A stretch of 64,000 nt of DNA. It comes from Antedon mediterranea (Eukaryota > Animalia > Echinodermata). The stretch's first letter is position 1, and the number at the start of each line of letters is the position of its first letter. Where the stretch lies: the NCBI RefSeq assembly GCF_964355755.1, contig NC_092671.1, forward strand, positions 10,726,001 through 10,790,000, written 5' to 3'. A program made the position numbers and the translations under genes. The notes under the pieces were generated by a model. That model worked only from the letters and a program-made list of their open reading frames with translations, did not search any database and had not been told where the DNA came from. This document shows, one piece after another, positions 14,871-27,929 of this stretch.

Positions 14871-16149
14871 ATTTCATAAATTGACAAAATTCAAACCTTT
14901 CTATTTTCGACAAAAACTTACAACAAAACACAATCACATTGTGATGTTTATTTGACGTCCATGTTATTAACAAGAGAGCTACAAACCTTTTCAACCCAAT
15001 CAAAGTTGTCTTTAATATTGCTAAAGAACTGTAATACTTCAAAATGTTTAGTCTATAAACATTTATACCTATAATATCAAAATAACAGCATACGACGAAT
15101 TGATAATACAGTATATCATATTAACTCTCTATCCATACTATTTTAGTCTATTACAAGCTAGCTATATGCCTATTTAAAGAAACACAGTAGATGGAATAAA
15201 ATGGACACATTTTAAACATTAAAAAAACATAAATTTCTATTTATTAATAAAACGTGTGTCCTATTTAATATACATACAGCCGTCTGTTAAGACTGCCCTT
15301 TAAATTTAGAATTTAATTATATTTTTTCTAAAGTCTAAATTACAATGATAAGTATAAATAAATATTATTTTCTGCTTTGTAGTTTGTAAATCATCACAAT
15401 TGAGCTCTCAATAGCAAAGTTAAAAGCGATCTATTATTTTTAAAAATGTCTACAATTATCGAAAAAGGTATTAAATCACGGCCGTAAACTCCACACTAAT
15501 TGCACAGTGCTATTACTTTTCTCACTTTTAAAACAATAACTTTACTATTTTCTGTTAGTATTTTATAATTATTAAAAAAAATTTATTGTGAATCACATTC
15601 ACAGTAATTCTAATGTTAAAATAATGGTGTATAACCATATAAAACTTTATCAACCAAAATATAACTTTTATTTTAACTTTGGGCCTGCCCACAAATCAGT
15701 GCTGAAGCCACAAGAATTGAAGTTGTGCGGTGCGTCGTAAGAAAAGGAACAATTCCCCTGTGCAGGCCACAGAGGCCTCTGTCAAATGTGGTCAAGTTGA
15801 AACCCTACCAACCGTACCCTGGCCCTGCCAGTTATGTAAAACTCAGCACCCCAAGACATTTATTATATGTCTATCTACAAATTATTAATAATAATATAAA
15901 AAGATGATCAATATACAGTAACATAAATTACATGAAAATTCACAAATAGATTGTTCTGTACAAATTTGTCCAACAAAAGTATTATTTGCCTATTTTAAAA
16001 TACAGATTCATTTTTATATACAGTAAATTTTAAACTTGATCAATATACAAATATCAAATGTCCAGAGCTGCTTTAATGTCACACAATAAAAATATAACAA
16101 ATAAATGTTGTTGGAGTATTTCTTTCGTACACTTGTACTAGGCTTCAAT

Positions 16150-19100
16150 CTATAGTCTTGTACCTCCGTTTGTGTCAGTTACCAGTTCAGTGAGAATATA
16201 ACCTTTGGTACCACTTTCATTCTTTGCCAAAATGTAACCATTTTGTTCTCTTTCTATAACTGTTAACAGTTCACCTGCGCAAAGACTTAGTTCGCCTGGT
16301 CCCTGAAAACGAAATTAACAGAAATAAACACTCAAATGAAGGCAAATAAACAGCCTAAAACGTCTCACGGTATTTGGTGGTAGAATAAATTAGAATCCTT
16401 ATTAAGGGAACACCTTCAGGACCATTAATATCGGTTTATATTAGTGTCAAAACCTATGTTTCCCATTTTACAGGAAAGTATAACTAAATAGGGGTTCCTT
16501 AATGACTGTTTTAGACAACTTACAGTATGCTTAAGCTCTGTCAACACTATCAAAATTTATGTGACAAAAAAATGTGATGTGCCTATATACGATGTCATGT
16601 TACTACCATATTTGGCCACATAGTGTAGACAGAGCTTTAGTGTTCCTAAACATGCGAAGCTAGTGCATTACAAAATCCATTAAGCAAAAAACATAGTATT
16701 TCAACAAATATAAACATTAGTTTAAAGTTTAGTTAATACCTTTTTAAAGCTCTGTCTACACTCAAACTTTATATGAAAAAAAATGTGTGAAGTGCCCATA
16801 TATGGACATGATGATGTCACATCACTACCACATTTGTGTATATCACTACCATATTTGGGCACATCACACATTTTTTTGTCAAACTAGTTTGATAGTGTAG
16901 ATAGAGATTTATGGTATACCTACCTGTGCTTGGTAGTCCCTTTTTGCTTGAATATACTCACAAGGTAGATTTGGATTCACTGAAGCATACATGGGATCTA
17001 TATACGTCACATGAACGCAAGAATTACTATTGTTTTGTTGTTGCAAACATGTTATTCTTGTTAATTATTTAATACAGTATATTATTAACATTTTATTGTT
17101 AATATTCATAGCTCATTTTTGTTACTACTGTAGCACAAAGTAAACTAAAAAATAGGAAGTACAGTATTAATTATTTTGTTTATAAATTAATATTCTCTAA
17201 TGTAAATATTTTGATTGCATGAGTCGGATGGTGGAATCTTCCACTACCTCGAGGAAGAAAGGTTGTTGAGATTGTATACAGGGTTAGTAATAAAGCGAGC
17301 CATGAATATTTAAACTTGTATTTGCATCACATGATAGTGGTGTTAAAAATGACAAATGAGTCAATTATGCAAATCAACAGACAATTAGTAATGTGCCAAA
17401 CAGTGTATACTACCAATAGCTTAATGACCCATATAAGACAATTGAAAAGATGAAAACAATGGTTGTTGTCTTATCTTTCTGATTGGTTTAACCATGGAGA
17501 AATCAGTTAGCTGATTTCTCCATGGTTTAACTAACTGGGATGAGAGACACTTTATAAACCATAGAGGGCTCTATACTTTTTTTGGGGAGGTGTGTGTGTG
17601 TCAGTAAGCTATTGGTACTAACACTAGTATTATTTTTACAGTACTGTATTATTTTAACAATTTATTTCATACACATCCAACAGAAAGTACAGGCCCGTAG
17701 CCAAGGGGAGGGGGTTTTATGATTTGAGCAAATCCTCCAATTCTGGATTCAATTACAAGATGGATAAACTATATCTCATTTGTGTCACAAATCACAACCC
17801 TGGCACTAGGTCAGGATTGAACCCTGGCACTAGGTCAGGATTGAACCCTGGCCCTTGGGATTAAAAGGTAATAATGTTAAACATGCATCGAGCTACAGCT
17901 CTACTATCAATTCAACATCACAAATTGATTATTTGTGTACTATTTACCATCTATAGATCCATTTCGTGCAAGCAGTCCTCGTTGGATTGGAACAGGAGGC
18001 TGACCTGATGGCGGCGCTGGTCTGGGCATACGGCTACCGTTTGAGTTTCTTTGACGGTCTCGATAGTAACATTCGTAATTGATTGGAGCTACATGAAAAT
18101 ACAATTTTATTATGAAAAAAATTAGATTAGAAAAAGAGTGGCCAAGCGGTTAAGACAGTTGTACCGTAATTACGTAATCATAACATCGGCAAGGGTTCTC
18201 ACTCGCTCAATGGTTCTGGTGGTAGAACGAGTCTTCTCGGATAAGGACTATAAACTGTAGGTCCAGTTTACACATCTAGAACCTAGTACATCTTTCGAGA
18301 GGGGGTTACCCCGGTGTACTAGTACATCACAGCCACTGATCATAACTGGGCTCTATGGGAGACCTGTCTTTGACTGAAGAGGTTGCCTAGTATAAATAAA
18401 ATAAAATGATGTTCTTGTCTATTACCATGTGAAATGTTGCCAGCATAAAGCATCTTTGTTTTAAAAAAAAAAATAATTGAAAATGAACTCTATTTTCATG
18501 TCTCTTCTGTATATTTTAAAACATATCTGACGTCTAAAAGGGTTAAATTCTTCAATGGTAAAGGTTTGTTCCGACTAGAACACAAGTAATTTGACAGTGG
18601 ATGCATATTTTTTTATATTTACAATTAAAACAGTCTACATTGGTATGGTTGTATATGACAATTAAATCAATGTTACCAGGTTTTGCTGATCCTGTTCTTT
18701 TAGAATTGATAAATGAATCAATGTCTTCTTTATCACTGCATTTTTCTAATGAGTCCCGCATTCTTTCATAAAGCTGAAAAAGAAAGGAATTAAACTTACT
18801 AAATTTCCATGTGAACATTAAAACAATGTTAATACACAGAGCAATGCCAATATTAATAATAATGAATTGGAAAAAAGTCAATGATGTACCGGCCTTCGGA
18901 TGGGACTTTGTGATGTTCAACTTTACATATAGAAACTGTATCATCAGTTTACATACTATATTACTATACTGGTGATGGTATAAAAAGAACAATTTTGCTA
19001 TAAACACATGGTCTAGGTTACAATAAAGATATTTTATCAATCTTGAAGACATTTTCACATGCTAAATCATAAACATGGTTAGAGAAATCAACTACATTTT

Positions 19101-22100
19101 AAGCCTCAGGTATATTAAGCTCACACCCTTCTAACCATAATTGCACCTAATCTTATGCTTAACGAGAGTGGATTAAGTATGGTATAGAATACCTTGTCAT
19201 CTGTACAGCACTGTATTGATGCTACGTTGGTATATACCCACATACTGTTCCGTAAATATTTTATTCTGTCTTGTTCAAGTGCTTGTGTTTTCTGAATAAA
19301 GAAAACCAAATGTCATAATTAGTTAAAGCTCAGCAAGCTAGATCCTAAGGGTACATACTACTACATACCTTTACCATCAAATTGAATGGACAAAAAGTAT
19401 CAACAATAATTTGTGTGATTGATACTGCAATTGTGTACTTCCAAAACACTGTCAAAGGTGTCTGGAACAATTAACCAATCAATACTGAGAGAATTACATC
19501 ATCTCACCCCTACCTCCAAACACCCACTCTTCATATCATGTATACCTACATGCTTAGTTAGTTTAGTTTTTTTATTAGTTTTCCACAAATAATACATATA
19601 TTTTCTTAATAAATATTTATAAATGTGGATGGTGGTCACAATAAGTCTAGATGTAAGCAGAGACCACCATTAACAAAATAGAAAAACATTACAATAAGAT
19701 TACTGAACAATAATTACATAGAAACATAAAGATAAAATAGTTTTTGACATATATGTGGCTGTACATGTAATAATTCAGCTGAGAAGGGTAATCCTTTAGT
19801 TTTAAAACCCAATAAGTTGGTGATGTTTAGTGTGGAAAGTATAAATGTTGTGTGATACAACATGCATGACCCTTCCTCCCCTCCACTCTGTCGTCATTTA
19901 GGGGTCCCATTCATGCGGGTTAATAATTAAAGTAGTCTTACTACACAGAATGTCGCCATTTGCTTCTCCCAATCTTTTCTAGTGACCTCCAGAGCATCTA
20001 CTGCAGCTTTATATTGGTCATCTGAAAGGATCAATTTTACTTCAAGTTATGAAACTTTGTGAAATGTACATTGAATAAACTTGACATAAAACACCAAAGC
20101 ACCAAGGACTGGCAAGAGTGAAAAGTGGTTTATTTCCCATGACAAAGATAATATGCTCACACAAATAAAGCTTTGAAACGGATCTATAAACGGTCTTAGC
20201 GCTTAGCCGGCTATAATTTGTGACGTAGCAAGTAGTCTTTATTATATATATATATATTTGCTATACTGCGGTCTAACCTGTAAATGGTCTTTAAAATTAA
20301 AGCCTACTTGAAGGAGTCTTAAAACAGTCTTAAACCTCTCTTTTTATTGCTTTTACGTATTATTTTTCGTCAAAGACAACCACTTAAACAAGTTTTAAGT
20401 GTTAAACCAAATAATAACGGTGATTTTATTCTTATATAGGCCTAGAATAGATTTTCTTGCATAGAAATGTACATACTGTTATGATTGAGAATTTAACAAG
20501 CGTGACGAACATTACCTTATTTGTTGGTATTCTACACGCAAAGTACGCCCTCAATTTGTTACTTTACGCGGTCTTATCTAAGACTGTTTTATAGCAATGG
20601 TCTACAGGGTGGCTTTAGTAAGACCATCTATCTGATAAAGCTGACTTTAATCTGTTTTATAGCAATCCGCCCAAGGAGTTAAACAATCTTAGAGGATTTG
20701 AACCCAAGACCCAGGGATTGGTATCCAAGCATCCAAACCACCAACTTCCCCTCAATATATATCATTGTCTGTAATTTATTAAATTATAAATATTTCTATT
20801 GTTTTGTACACAAACCTGCAATTTCTGCATATGATCGCGTCTTATCTTTTTTATTTGTTAGTTTTTCAATTTCCTTAGCATTTGGCGATTGTCTGGCTCT
20901 AAATGCTGATTCCTCAGCCTGATCGGCTTCTTTGCACTTTGATTCATAATTCTTCTTGCTCTACAAAAGAATATCTTTACAATAATATCTCAGTATTAAA
21001 AGCTTGCCAATTCTAAATGATCTTTACTTTAATGTCTCTGACAATCAAGGTTTAGGTAAGTAAATCTGAGGGACACTTTCTTGTGTAACAAAACCAAAAA
21101 GTCAATAAATGTTTTAACACTACAGTCAACTTTTATTCAAGGGACATCCCTATCAAAGGGCCCTTTTGTTGGTTGTTCTACTTTAGATACACACATTCTA
21201 AAGCACACCCTCTATAGTAAATGATATCACACACAAATTAAAAATTACGAAAAAAAAACACCTTACATTTATCACCCTACTGTAGGAATCTTTTTTTTGC
21301 GATTGCATCTTCTTGACAAGCTCTTCTTCCCGCTTTCGTACCTCACGTTGCGTTTCACGAAATTCTTCAACCTTCTTTGCTTCTTCTAATAATCGCTGAT
21401 GCATGTTATTGTGAGAATTTCCAATTGTTTCTGTTTGTGCTATGACCTCATCAATTGATCTCCGTAATGTACTGCAAGAAATTAGAAAAGAAGGAAGTGT
21501 TGTAGGTGTTCAGGAATGATACATATTTATTTTCATGAATAAAGTGTAATTTCACACATAACAAATTGATATGCTCTCAAATTTCATAATGTTAATTCAT
21601 GAGGTGGGATCTAAGGGATGCTTTTTTATACACATATATATTGTAAATTTACAGGCATAAAAGAACTCTTAACCACTGTGCTGTACTGTAAATTAATAAA
21701 AGTCCTCCCACACCCCCCCCCCCCCCCCAACCAAAATTCAAATTGGAAACTTCTGCTTGACATCGAATTGTTCTCCTCTTAAATACAATACAAAAAAGTC
21801 TATAAATGTGTATGTTCACAAAAATAGGGAGTGCCTAAACACACAAGAAATGGTTGTTTGCAATTGGTTGTTAAATATGGTACTTTTAAAATCATTTGCC
21901 ATCTATCTATGAAGGGCCTATCAGAGCACAGCAAAGTGCAAAAAAAATGAGGAATTTCTAAGAATTAACTAATTTAAAATATGTATATCTACAAACGGTC
22001 ATAAAAAAACTGTACAGTTTGGTAGCATATTTCATTCTGAAACCATTTCCTGTTTATATTTCAATGCATTATTGTGAAATTTATAATTAAGCACAAAAAA

Positions 22101-25100
22101 GAGCCAATCATTGTGAAACTAACAGTACAGTAGATGTTGTTTGATTAAAAACAATAATATGGAAACTAGACTTGTTTCAATTTACAGTGATTACTCCAAC
22201 AAGATAGATAAGATAATCAAGATGATTACAAACCCATCAATTTCCTCCTTAAATGTTAATTTTTTAGTTAATCGTATTAAGGTTTGAGCGTAGAGTTCTT
22301 CAGCCTTTGCCCTGAAATGCAATAATTTTAACATTGTTACCACCACAAGAAAAAAATAATTCCAAAAATATTTACTTAATAATAATTGTAATAAGTAATG
22401 TACAATGGTTAAAAAAACAAATAGACTTTAGTCTTAATTGTACTGTAAACAGCAAAATGAGGAAACACTGGTCCAAGTAAGAGACTCCTTGATTGGTCTA
22501 TGTGCTGCAAGTGGCCATTAATCGAAATGTGTAGACACTGGTCCAAATAAAGCGGACACTTGTATAGCTATTAAATAAATTTAAAGTATAAACAATAAAA
22601 TTGTACATTACCTTTCTTTTAAAAACTTTTCATATTCTTTACAAGCTTCTCTGCCATCGTGAAGTCGTTTCATTATTATGTCAAAACCCACAGTACTGTT
22701 AAACTCCACCTCCTAACAAATATAATATATTACATAATAATATAATAAAATAACAGCAGAACCTTAAACACCTGTCTACACTAATAAACTTTATGTGACA
22801 ACAAAATGTGATATGGACATGAGGACTACCATATTTGGGCAAATAACACATTTTTTGTCAAACTAGTTTGATAGTGTAGACAGAGCTTTACATATACAGT
22901 AACGTATGAAAACAACATTGTCATCTTAATAACAGATCTAAAAAAACATTATTTTAAAATAGAATTTATATACGATCAGAGGTTTTATGCTGTTGCATCA
23001 AAGATGTTTACAGTATTGGTTTATTCATACATACGTATAACACAATGTCTATAGGAATACCGTGTTGCCTCAAACAAATTATTTCTATATATATTGAAAT
23101 GTACTGTACACATTGTATTGATAAAGTACTTTCTTCGTAGTGGTGCATTGTACTACATTTATATACATTTGTATACAATAACCAGTAAAAGTGGATTCAA
23201 ATGTATTTTCAGGAAGTTATTCTCAATATTATAAATCATTGAACCATTCCAGGAATACTGTAGTTAATATAAAACTGGTGCATTTCTTATTAAAGCTGAA
23301 ATAATTCATTCTAAAAATACTATATAAAGATATATAGTAGTACATTTGTTTTTTCAATCAACATCCGACACTTACATAATGGAGAATAGGCCTAAACACA
23401 ATGAAAACAAAAAGAAGATAAATTTAAAAGGTTAAATGTAAATAAATGAATTAAACCATCTACAGTAGGTAATAAACTAATAAATCAATTTTGAAGAATA
23501 TGAAATCTAGAGATTTAGTAAATGTCCGATGACTCTAAGTTGTTAGATTTTTTTTCTTTTAAAGATTTGTTCAGCGGGAACCACTGTTAGTATGCTAACT
23601 TTGATTGATATACGCATTTAGACTAGAGGCGGCTTTGTCCCGACAAACATTTAGGTCCGTTGTAATCAAGTAAAATCAAATAAGCGTAGTATTTTTGTAT
23701 GACTGTATGCTACAGGATGGATTTCTACCCTCTCACCAAAACCAATACAATGGTCTAGGTATACTCGATATATTGTTTTATCAACATATAGGATTAAAAC
23801 TGTTAGTAATCTTATCAGATACAGTAGGTAGAGTTTTAAGGACGTAACAGTATGCTAATCACAATAAAAGGATGCATTGTTATTCCACATAATTGACTCT
23901 AAATGTTTGTTTTATCATTTGACATTCAGAAATTAATTTTCATTTCATTTCCTTCAAGTCAAGAATACTTAGCTCAGGATATTAATTGTTAAAAGACATT
24001 ATTAATTGTACTAAATGAGAGATGAGGCGGTAGATATACAATTTACAACATTTAACTGTACATCAGTAATTTTTTTTAAAGTTGGCTATCTTGTTAAATA
24101 TTAAAAAATGTAATCCATCCATTTCTGATGGAATACATCAATCAGATTCATATATTAAATATCACTAATACAGTTGTATAAGTGTTAATTAACGATTTTT
24201 TAGCTGAATACACTCAGCAAAGGATATAAAGATCTATCAGTATTATCTGGCAGCGGCAAGAATGTATTATTTTTCGTTTGACCATTGTAACATAATAATA
24301 CAAATTTGCAAATAGTTTTCAATTATACCACAGTTTGTATTAAAAACTATTGAAAGTAAAACTGAAAGTTTTGATTAGAATCACACATCATCATCGGCGA
24401 CAACTTTAAGTTGCACTTGCATTTCACTTCTATTTTCTGGATAAATTCAATCAATGGTCCACTGATATTATATATAATTTGAAAGGCAAATTACTGAAAA
24501 TAATGACAATGCTGTGGCTGGATCTCAATGGAGCTATACAAAATAAAATAAGCAAAAAGATGAATGAAAACAATAAGTAAAACAGCCAGAAAATGAACAC
24601 CTTAGCCCAGGGAGTTGTAAACAACTCCCTGCTTAGCCCTTCATCAGTGCAAGTGGTATGAATGATATAACAAGAACCTATAATTTACAACCCAGAATAA
24701 TAATACCATAATTACAGAATTTTAATATTTACATTTCCCATATTCTGTTGTTTTATAGTAGTAAAGATGACTACAGTCATAGTATTAGTTGTTGCTTTTG
24801 TTTAACAGTAAATATAGATTTTTAAATATGGGAAGCAAAACCATTTAATCTTAATTGCGTAGCAGAACATGTAAAAGGGGATTGGCAGAGGAAAACCAGG
24901 GCTTCCTGTCCAGAATCCTGGAGTTTTAAACCCCATTATATATATATATATGTATATATCATACATCACATGGCCATTGATTTCTTTTTTAATGTATTAA
25001 AAAAGAAATCGCATTTCATTTTACCACAATTATCATTTACAGTTGGATGAAAATTAAATACAGGTAGTATTTGTTTTGAGTTTAGTTTAAATATTAACCT

Positions 25101-25908
25101 GTCAAAATGATGACAAAATAAATTTTAAACCAAAAGATAACCCATTTTTTGTCTACAAAGGGGAAATGAAATAGAATATTATTAATATATAAAAGGCTAT
25201 TTTTGACAATGCAGATATTAACAATACATCAGGGTCTGTGTAAATATTGAGGACACTGATACAGTACAAATTATAAAATAGGTACGTACAGTACGTACCT
25301 ATTTTATAATTCGCTCAATATAGGACTACTGTATTATATTTACGCCAGTCTCAGAGGGTTTTTTTTCCTCTTGTGTGGCGTTAACCACTATTTATTCATT
25401 TGATCTTAAACAGATAAATACAGTTATTGAATATTTCTGTGATAATAATAATAATAGTCCAATAGTTTAGCTTTTAAAGCCTAAGAGTGTTAGAATTTGA
25501 AATGGGTTTACTTTATCCTTGTTATAAACAACAAATTGTACCTTATAGTATATTGTGTATAAAGATATAAATGAGAGCATATTATAGTATCTTTGGACTT
25601 TCCCCGAAAGGAAACGAGTTGTCCATTTGGTAATAAAAGTGGGTTTGGATTGGATGCAAACCCACGTGTTTGTGTGTAATGGGAAGTCATATAAAAGAAA
25701 GGGAAATCTATAGGAATTACAATACTGCTGGAAAAGATTAATCAAGTTGAAACTACAGTATATGTGACACAGTATACCATTTAACACCTTTTCTATGATA
25801 ATTTGTTTCTTGGTTGTTTTAAAGTTATAGATTAAAAAAAAATAATCATTTGGTTCACTAACAAAATAAAGGTATACTTACCCAAAAATTATCTACAAAA
25901 CGAGCCAT
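16150..25908 (-). CDS. PSTPIP1: PSTPIP1/2-like F-BAR + SH3 protein, 399 aa. Coding exons: 25882-25908, 22612-22712, 22234-22311, 21267-21471, 20816-20960, 19942-20021, 19193-19291, 18677-18773, 17948-18088, 16924-16997, 16150-16302
   Basis: All introns are GT-AG with compatible phases (1200 nt total). MARFVDNFWEVEFNSTVGFDIIMKRLHDGREACKEYEKFLKERAKAEELYA...SKKNYESKCKEADQAE...EQDRIKYLRNSMWVYTN...LYERMRDSLEKC..DIDSFI..KRTG.KPAPINYE.YY matches the PSTPIP F-BAR, followed by a Pro-rich linker and a C-terminal SH3-like domain. A probable 5'UTR exon ends at the donor near 27171. Confidence 0.9.
16532..16638. mobile_element. MITE family copy 2
   Basis: taagctctgtcaacactatcaaa...agtgtagacagagcttta. Confidence 0.65.
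16747..16910. mobile_element. MITE family copy 3 (most complete)
   Basis: aagctctgtctacactcaaac...gtttgatagtgtagatagagattt. Confidence 0.65.
18136..18407 (+). mobile_element. tRNA-derived SINE
   Basis: A-box-like gagtggccaagcggtt head, central ggataaggactataaac..aggtcc segment, (taaaa)n tail. Confidence 0.6.
22771..22889. mobile_element. MITE family copy 4
   Basis: ctgtctacacta...aactagtttgatagtgtagacagagcttta. Confidence 0.65.
24483..24654 (-). mobile_element. Solo Penelope pLTR-like copy of the family at 36861/39597, with a disrupted hammerhead
   Basis: aaggcaaattactgaaaa..tgacaatgctgtgg..ctggatctcaatggag...acagccagaaaa...tagcccttcatcagtgcaagt aligns to 36868-37027. Confidence 0.75.
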
Positions 25909-27199
25909 CTTTTAGATTTTTTTTTTCTTGCGAAACTGATCTTGAATTTCGATATTAACCTGTTATGGATAAGGAGGAAATGAAAAATATAATAAGAAAA
26001 GCACTCTAAAATTGTTTATGTTTAAACATTATTTTAACAAGAAGAATGACCTAATTATCTTTACTAGTAGGCCTACAATAAACGAATTATTTCAGAATAA
26101 GGCCAGGGGAAATATATTGGTTCTTGTCAGAACCTCTCAAATTTCGGCGCAGGATTTCAGTAAACATTCATCACCGGATTTTAATTGTGAAACAATTATG
26201 CGTCACTTCAGGGTCGATGGCATAGGTATGTAGCAGGCTAGTTAGATACCAGGTTAAGCCTACATTTTTATTTTTTACTATCATTCCAGTAGGCCAACTT
26301 ATATCTTGAAATAAAGAGATGAAAGTTGAAGTTCTTTAATGTGGTGCCAACTATCTATTTCCCAAGGCCTAATGATCAGAAAACATTCAGGGCATGCGAA
26401 ACAACATAGCATTATGTATTTGATGAAAGAACCAAATAGCAATTGAAATACATTTTCAAATAGATGTTGTTTTTAATAGGAATGGGTGAAACCTGCCAAA
26501 ATTAATAAAAATAAGATTTAACTTTGGACAAGACTGTTGTATTTAAAAAAAAGTGGAGGAATTATTTCAAATAAATTCTAAATAATTCCTCATGAAATAA
26601 CACAATCTGAGACGTGACCTAACCGCACTGTTTATTATTTAATTTGTTGACCATTCACCTTTAAGTGGATTTTGAGTGCCACTTAAAAGTGAATGGTCAA
26701 CAATTGCAAAAAAATATTGAGAAAATAAGAAAAAATGAATTATATTTGGCTTATTATAATGTGTGTAAGACAATTAAATTATAAAGTAATAGAAACATAG
26801 TTTGGCCTACAATCATACAGTCACTGCAGTACTGAAAATGGTGTAGAGTAGGCCAATGACGACACTTAGTTATCAAAAGTCACACTTTTGCGTCAAATCT
26901 TCAGCTTTGGATAAATGAAATGTTAGATCCCAAATCAGTGAATACATTTATGAGTCTCTGAAACCTGTGCAGGTCAGGCTTCACCCCACCGGTTTGCCTG
27001 ACTTAAGGTATTTGTTAGGTAGGTCACTAGCCTACTGTTTAGTTGACCAGAGTATATTGAGGTCTCTCGATAAAGCATCGTGCTTAACAGCCAGCCTAGC
27101 AAAATTAACTTTTCCGAAATAATTATAGTATTACAGGCTGTCAGCGAGCATCAAAGTAAAACATACTTACCGTACATATTTCTTCACTAACTAGGCTAC

Positions 27200-27929
27200 C
27201 CAATAATCGATTTATTTTTCACGATCGTCTGTATCTCTTTTGGGAACAAGGAAGTGTGCACTTAAAACTTTCAATGACGTCTGCGCATGCGCATTTCAAA
27301 AGCAACTGGATGACTTACTTTATAATTATATTCAGTACATCAGACAAAATGACATTCTTTTTTATTTTACTTTCTAAATAAACTTAAAAATTACATACGA
27401 TTGGATATGTTTCTTTAATACTTAAAAATTACAAACAATAACGATTTTATATGTTTCCCTAATGTTGGTTTTGTTGTGTTGTTGTATGTGTGTTCTGTAC
27501 TAATAAATAATAGGCCTAGACTCAATTAATGATAAACGGTATGCCTATATAGATAAAATATAATAATGGACGAAAGTAAAACTATTTTATGTTTATATAT
27601 ATATATCTATATAAATCAGATAAATACGGAAAATCAATCAGTTATAGTAATACAGTAAAATAATTATTATATTATTCCATAGAGATATTATAGTGAACAC
27701 CGTATAATATCTCTATGATTATTCTAATCGATAAATTAATTCAGTAAAAACTGCGGTGAGCCCTCTATCAGCAGAACCATAGAGCGCCACCACCACAACA
27801 TGTTTTTATGATGTAAAAGGCAAAAAGGTGACGTAATTCTAACTTTCAGCGCTACGTACTTAATAGGAGGTTTCTTTGCTCTCTCTCTGGTGTGGGTAGG
27901 CCCTGGCTGGGCCTAGAGTAGAGCATACA
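27200..27929. promoter_or_regulatory. Probable bidirectional promoter for PSTPIP1-like (-) and NCBP2AS2-like (+)
   Basis: Divergent first exons lie ~0.7 kb apart. NRF1-type palindrome tgcgcatgcgca at 27282-27293 and half-CRE sites (tgacg) are present. Confidence 0.55.
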
